This document shows positions 63,251-64,000 of a stretch of 64,000 nucleotides of DNA, in pieces (position 1 is the first letter of the stretch; each line of letters begins with the position of its first letter). The notes below the pieces were generated by a model. The model saw nothing but the letters and a program-made list of their open reading frames with translations, ran no database searches and had not been told where the DNA came from. The DNA is taken from positions 380,353 to 444,352 of the forward strand of contig JAKMXF010000055.1 in assembly GCA_024704765.1 (NCBI GenBank). Direction: 5' to 3'. The translations under genes and the position numbers were made by a program. This DNA comes from Oopsacas minuta (lineage: Eukaryota > Animalia > Porifera).

Positions 63251-64000
63251 GTATAATACTTTTACAGTCACTCGGCTACATTTAGGGAACTTTTACACAC
63301 AAGATAAGTGAATGAACCGTACATGGGGTACATTTTTGAATCTGGTATATGCTCTCTGAAGACAATTTGAACACCAATATATTACCGCAGATATTAGAGG
63401 CACTATAAGTCATGTATCTTTGTGTCAAATGTGCTTTCTTTCCACATTAATGTGTACCATCGCCGAACTTTTGGTCATATCCGGGGAGGTTCGGGATAGG
63501 CTAGACAATAATAACGCGAGACAAATACTAAAATTGTTCTAAAAAATGGGACAGTTGGCATGAATGATTGTGAGACACTTTACTTCCATTGTTAGAGCTG
63601 AACAGAAAGACGAAAACGTTCTTTAACAAATATACATTATCGATTACAAGGTTGCTAATTAAAGCGGAAGCGCTTCGTGAGTAATAGATAAATTATGTTT
63701 TTACATTTCTATGACTCATAGTAGAGTGTTGAACTTTAGAACGATAGGTAAGCTTGAATAATGGCCGAAATTCTGAACAAGAATTGGCATGGGTAGGGCC
63801 GTTATATTGAAATACTTTGATCAAAATGGTTATTGGAAGATGAATGGAACTTAAAATTGTACCAGTAATATCGGGGTAGAAGTTTAAGGGGATATACAAT
63901 TTTAGCTAAGTAGACAGGATTGCAGGTCTTTAGATAGTATGCACGGCCCTACCCGAGGCTATCTGTAGCCTCGCCAGTGGTAAGTGTTGGTATACCTGGG

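Noticed and set aside
155-63899. Most 60-150-aa ORFs in the track
   Set aside because: Antisense or alternate frames of transposases, or random AT-rich ORFs starting at TTG/GTG, with no motifs.

Overview
AT-rich eukaryotic (animal, probably invertebrate) genomic DNA; the species cannot be determined from sequence alone. Two host genes face each other. On + is the last exon of a MAP4K4/TNIK/MINK1 (misshapen-type) kinase, with the whole CNH domain in one exon (8110-9231). On - is a divergent huntingtin (HTT)-like gene, with two confident exons (48629-48960, 40231-40523) and a disrupted candidate exon near 62.7-63.2 kb. Almost everything else is decayed cut-and-paste DNA transposon: mariner (DD34D), Tc1 (DD34E), a maT-like fragment, several hATs and MITEs, three Chapaev3-like elements, P/THAP9-like and Harbinger remnants, and a foldback element with ~410-bp arms. 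The standout is a RAG1-like/Transib transposon (27965-33543). It begins with the RSS heptamer CACAGTG, encodes an NBD-like region and the full RAG1 catalytic-core motif order, and was split by a Chapaev3 insertion; a second, divergent RAG1-like fragment lies tail-to-tail with it. There is also a 174-bp satellite with a 522-bp higher-order period and ~58-bp internal subunits, and a degenerate ~58-bp array. No rRNA, tRNA, CRISPR array or clear retrotransposon was recognised. All protein similarities were judged by eye against remembered family motifs; no database search was run.
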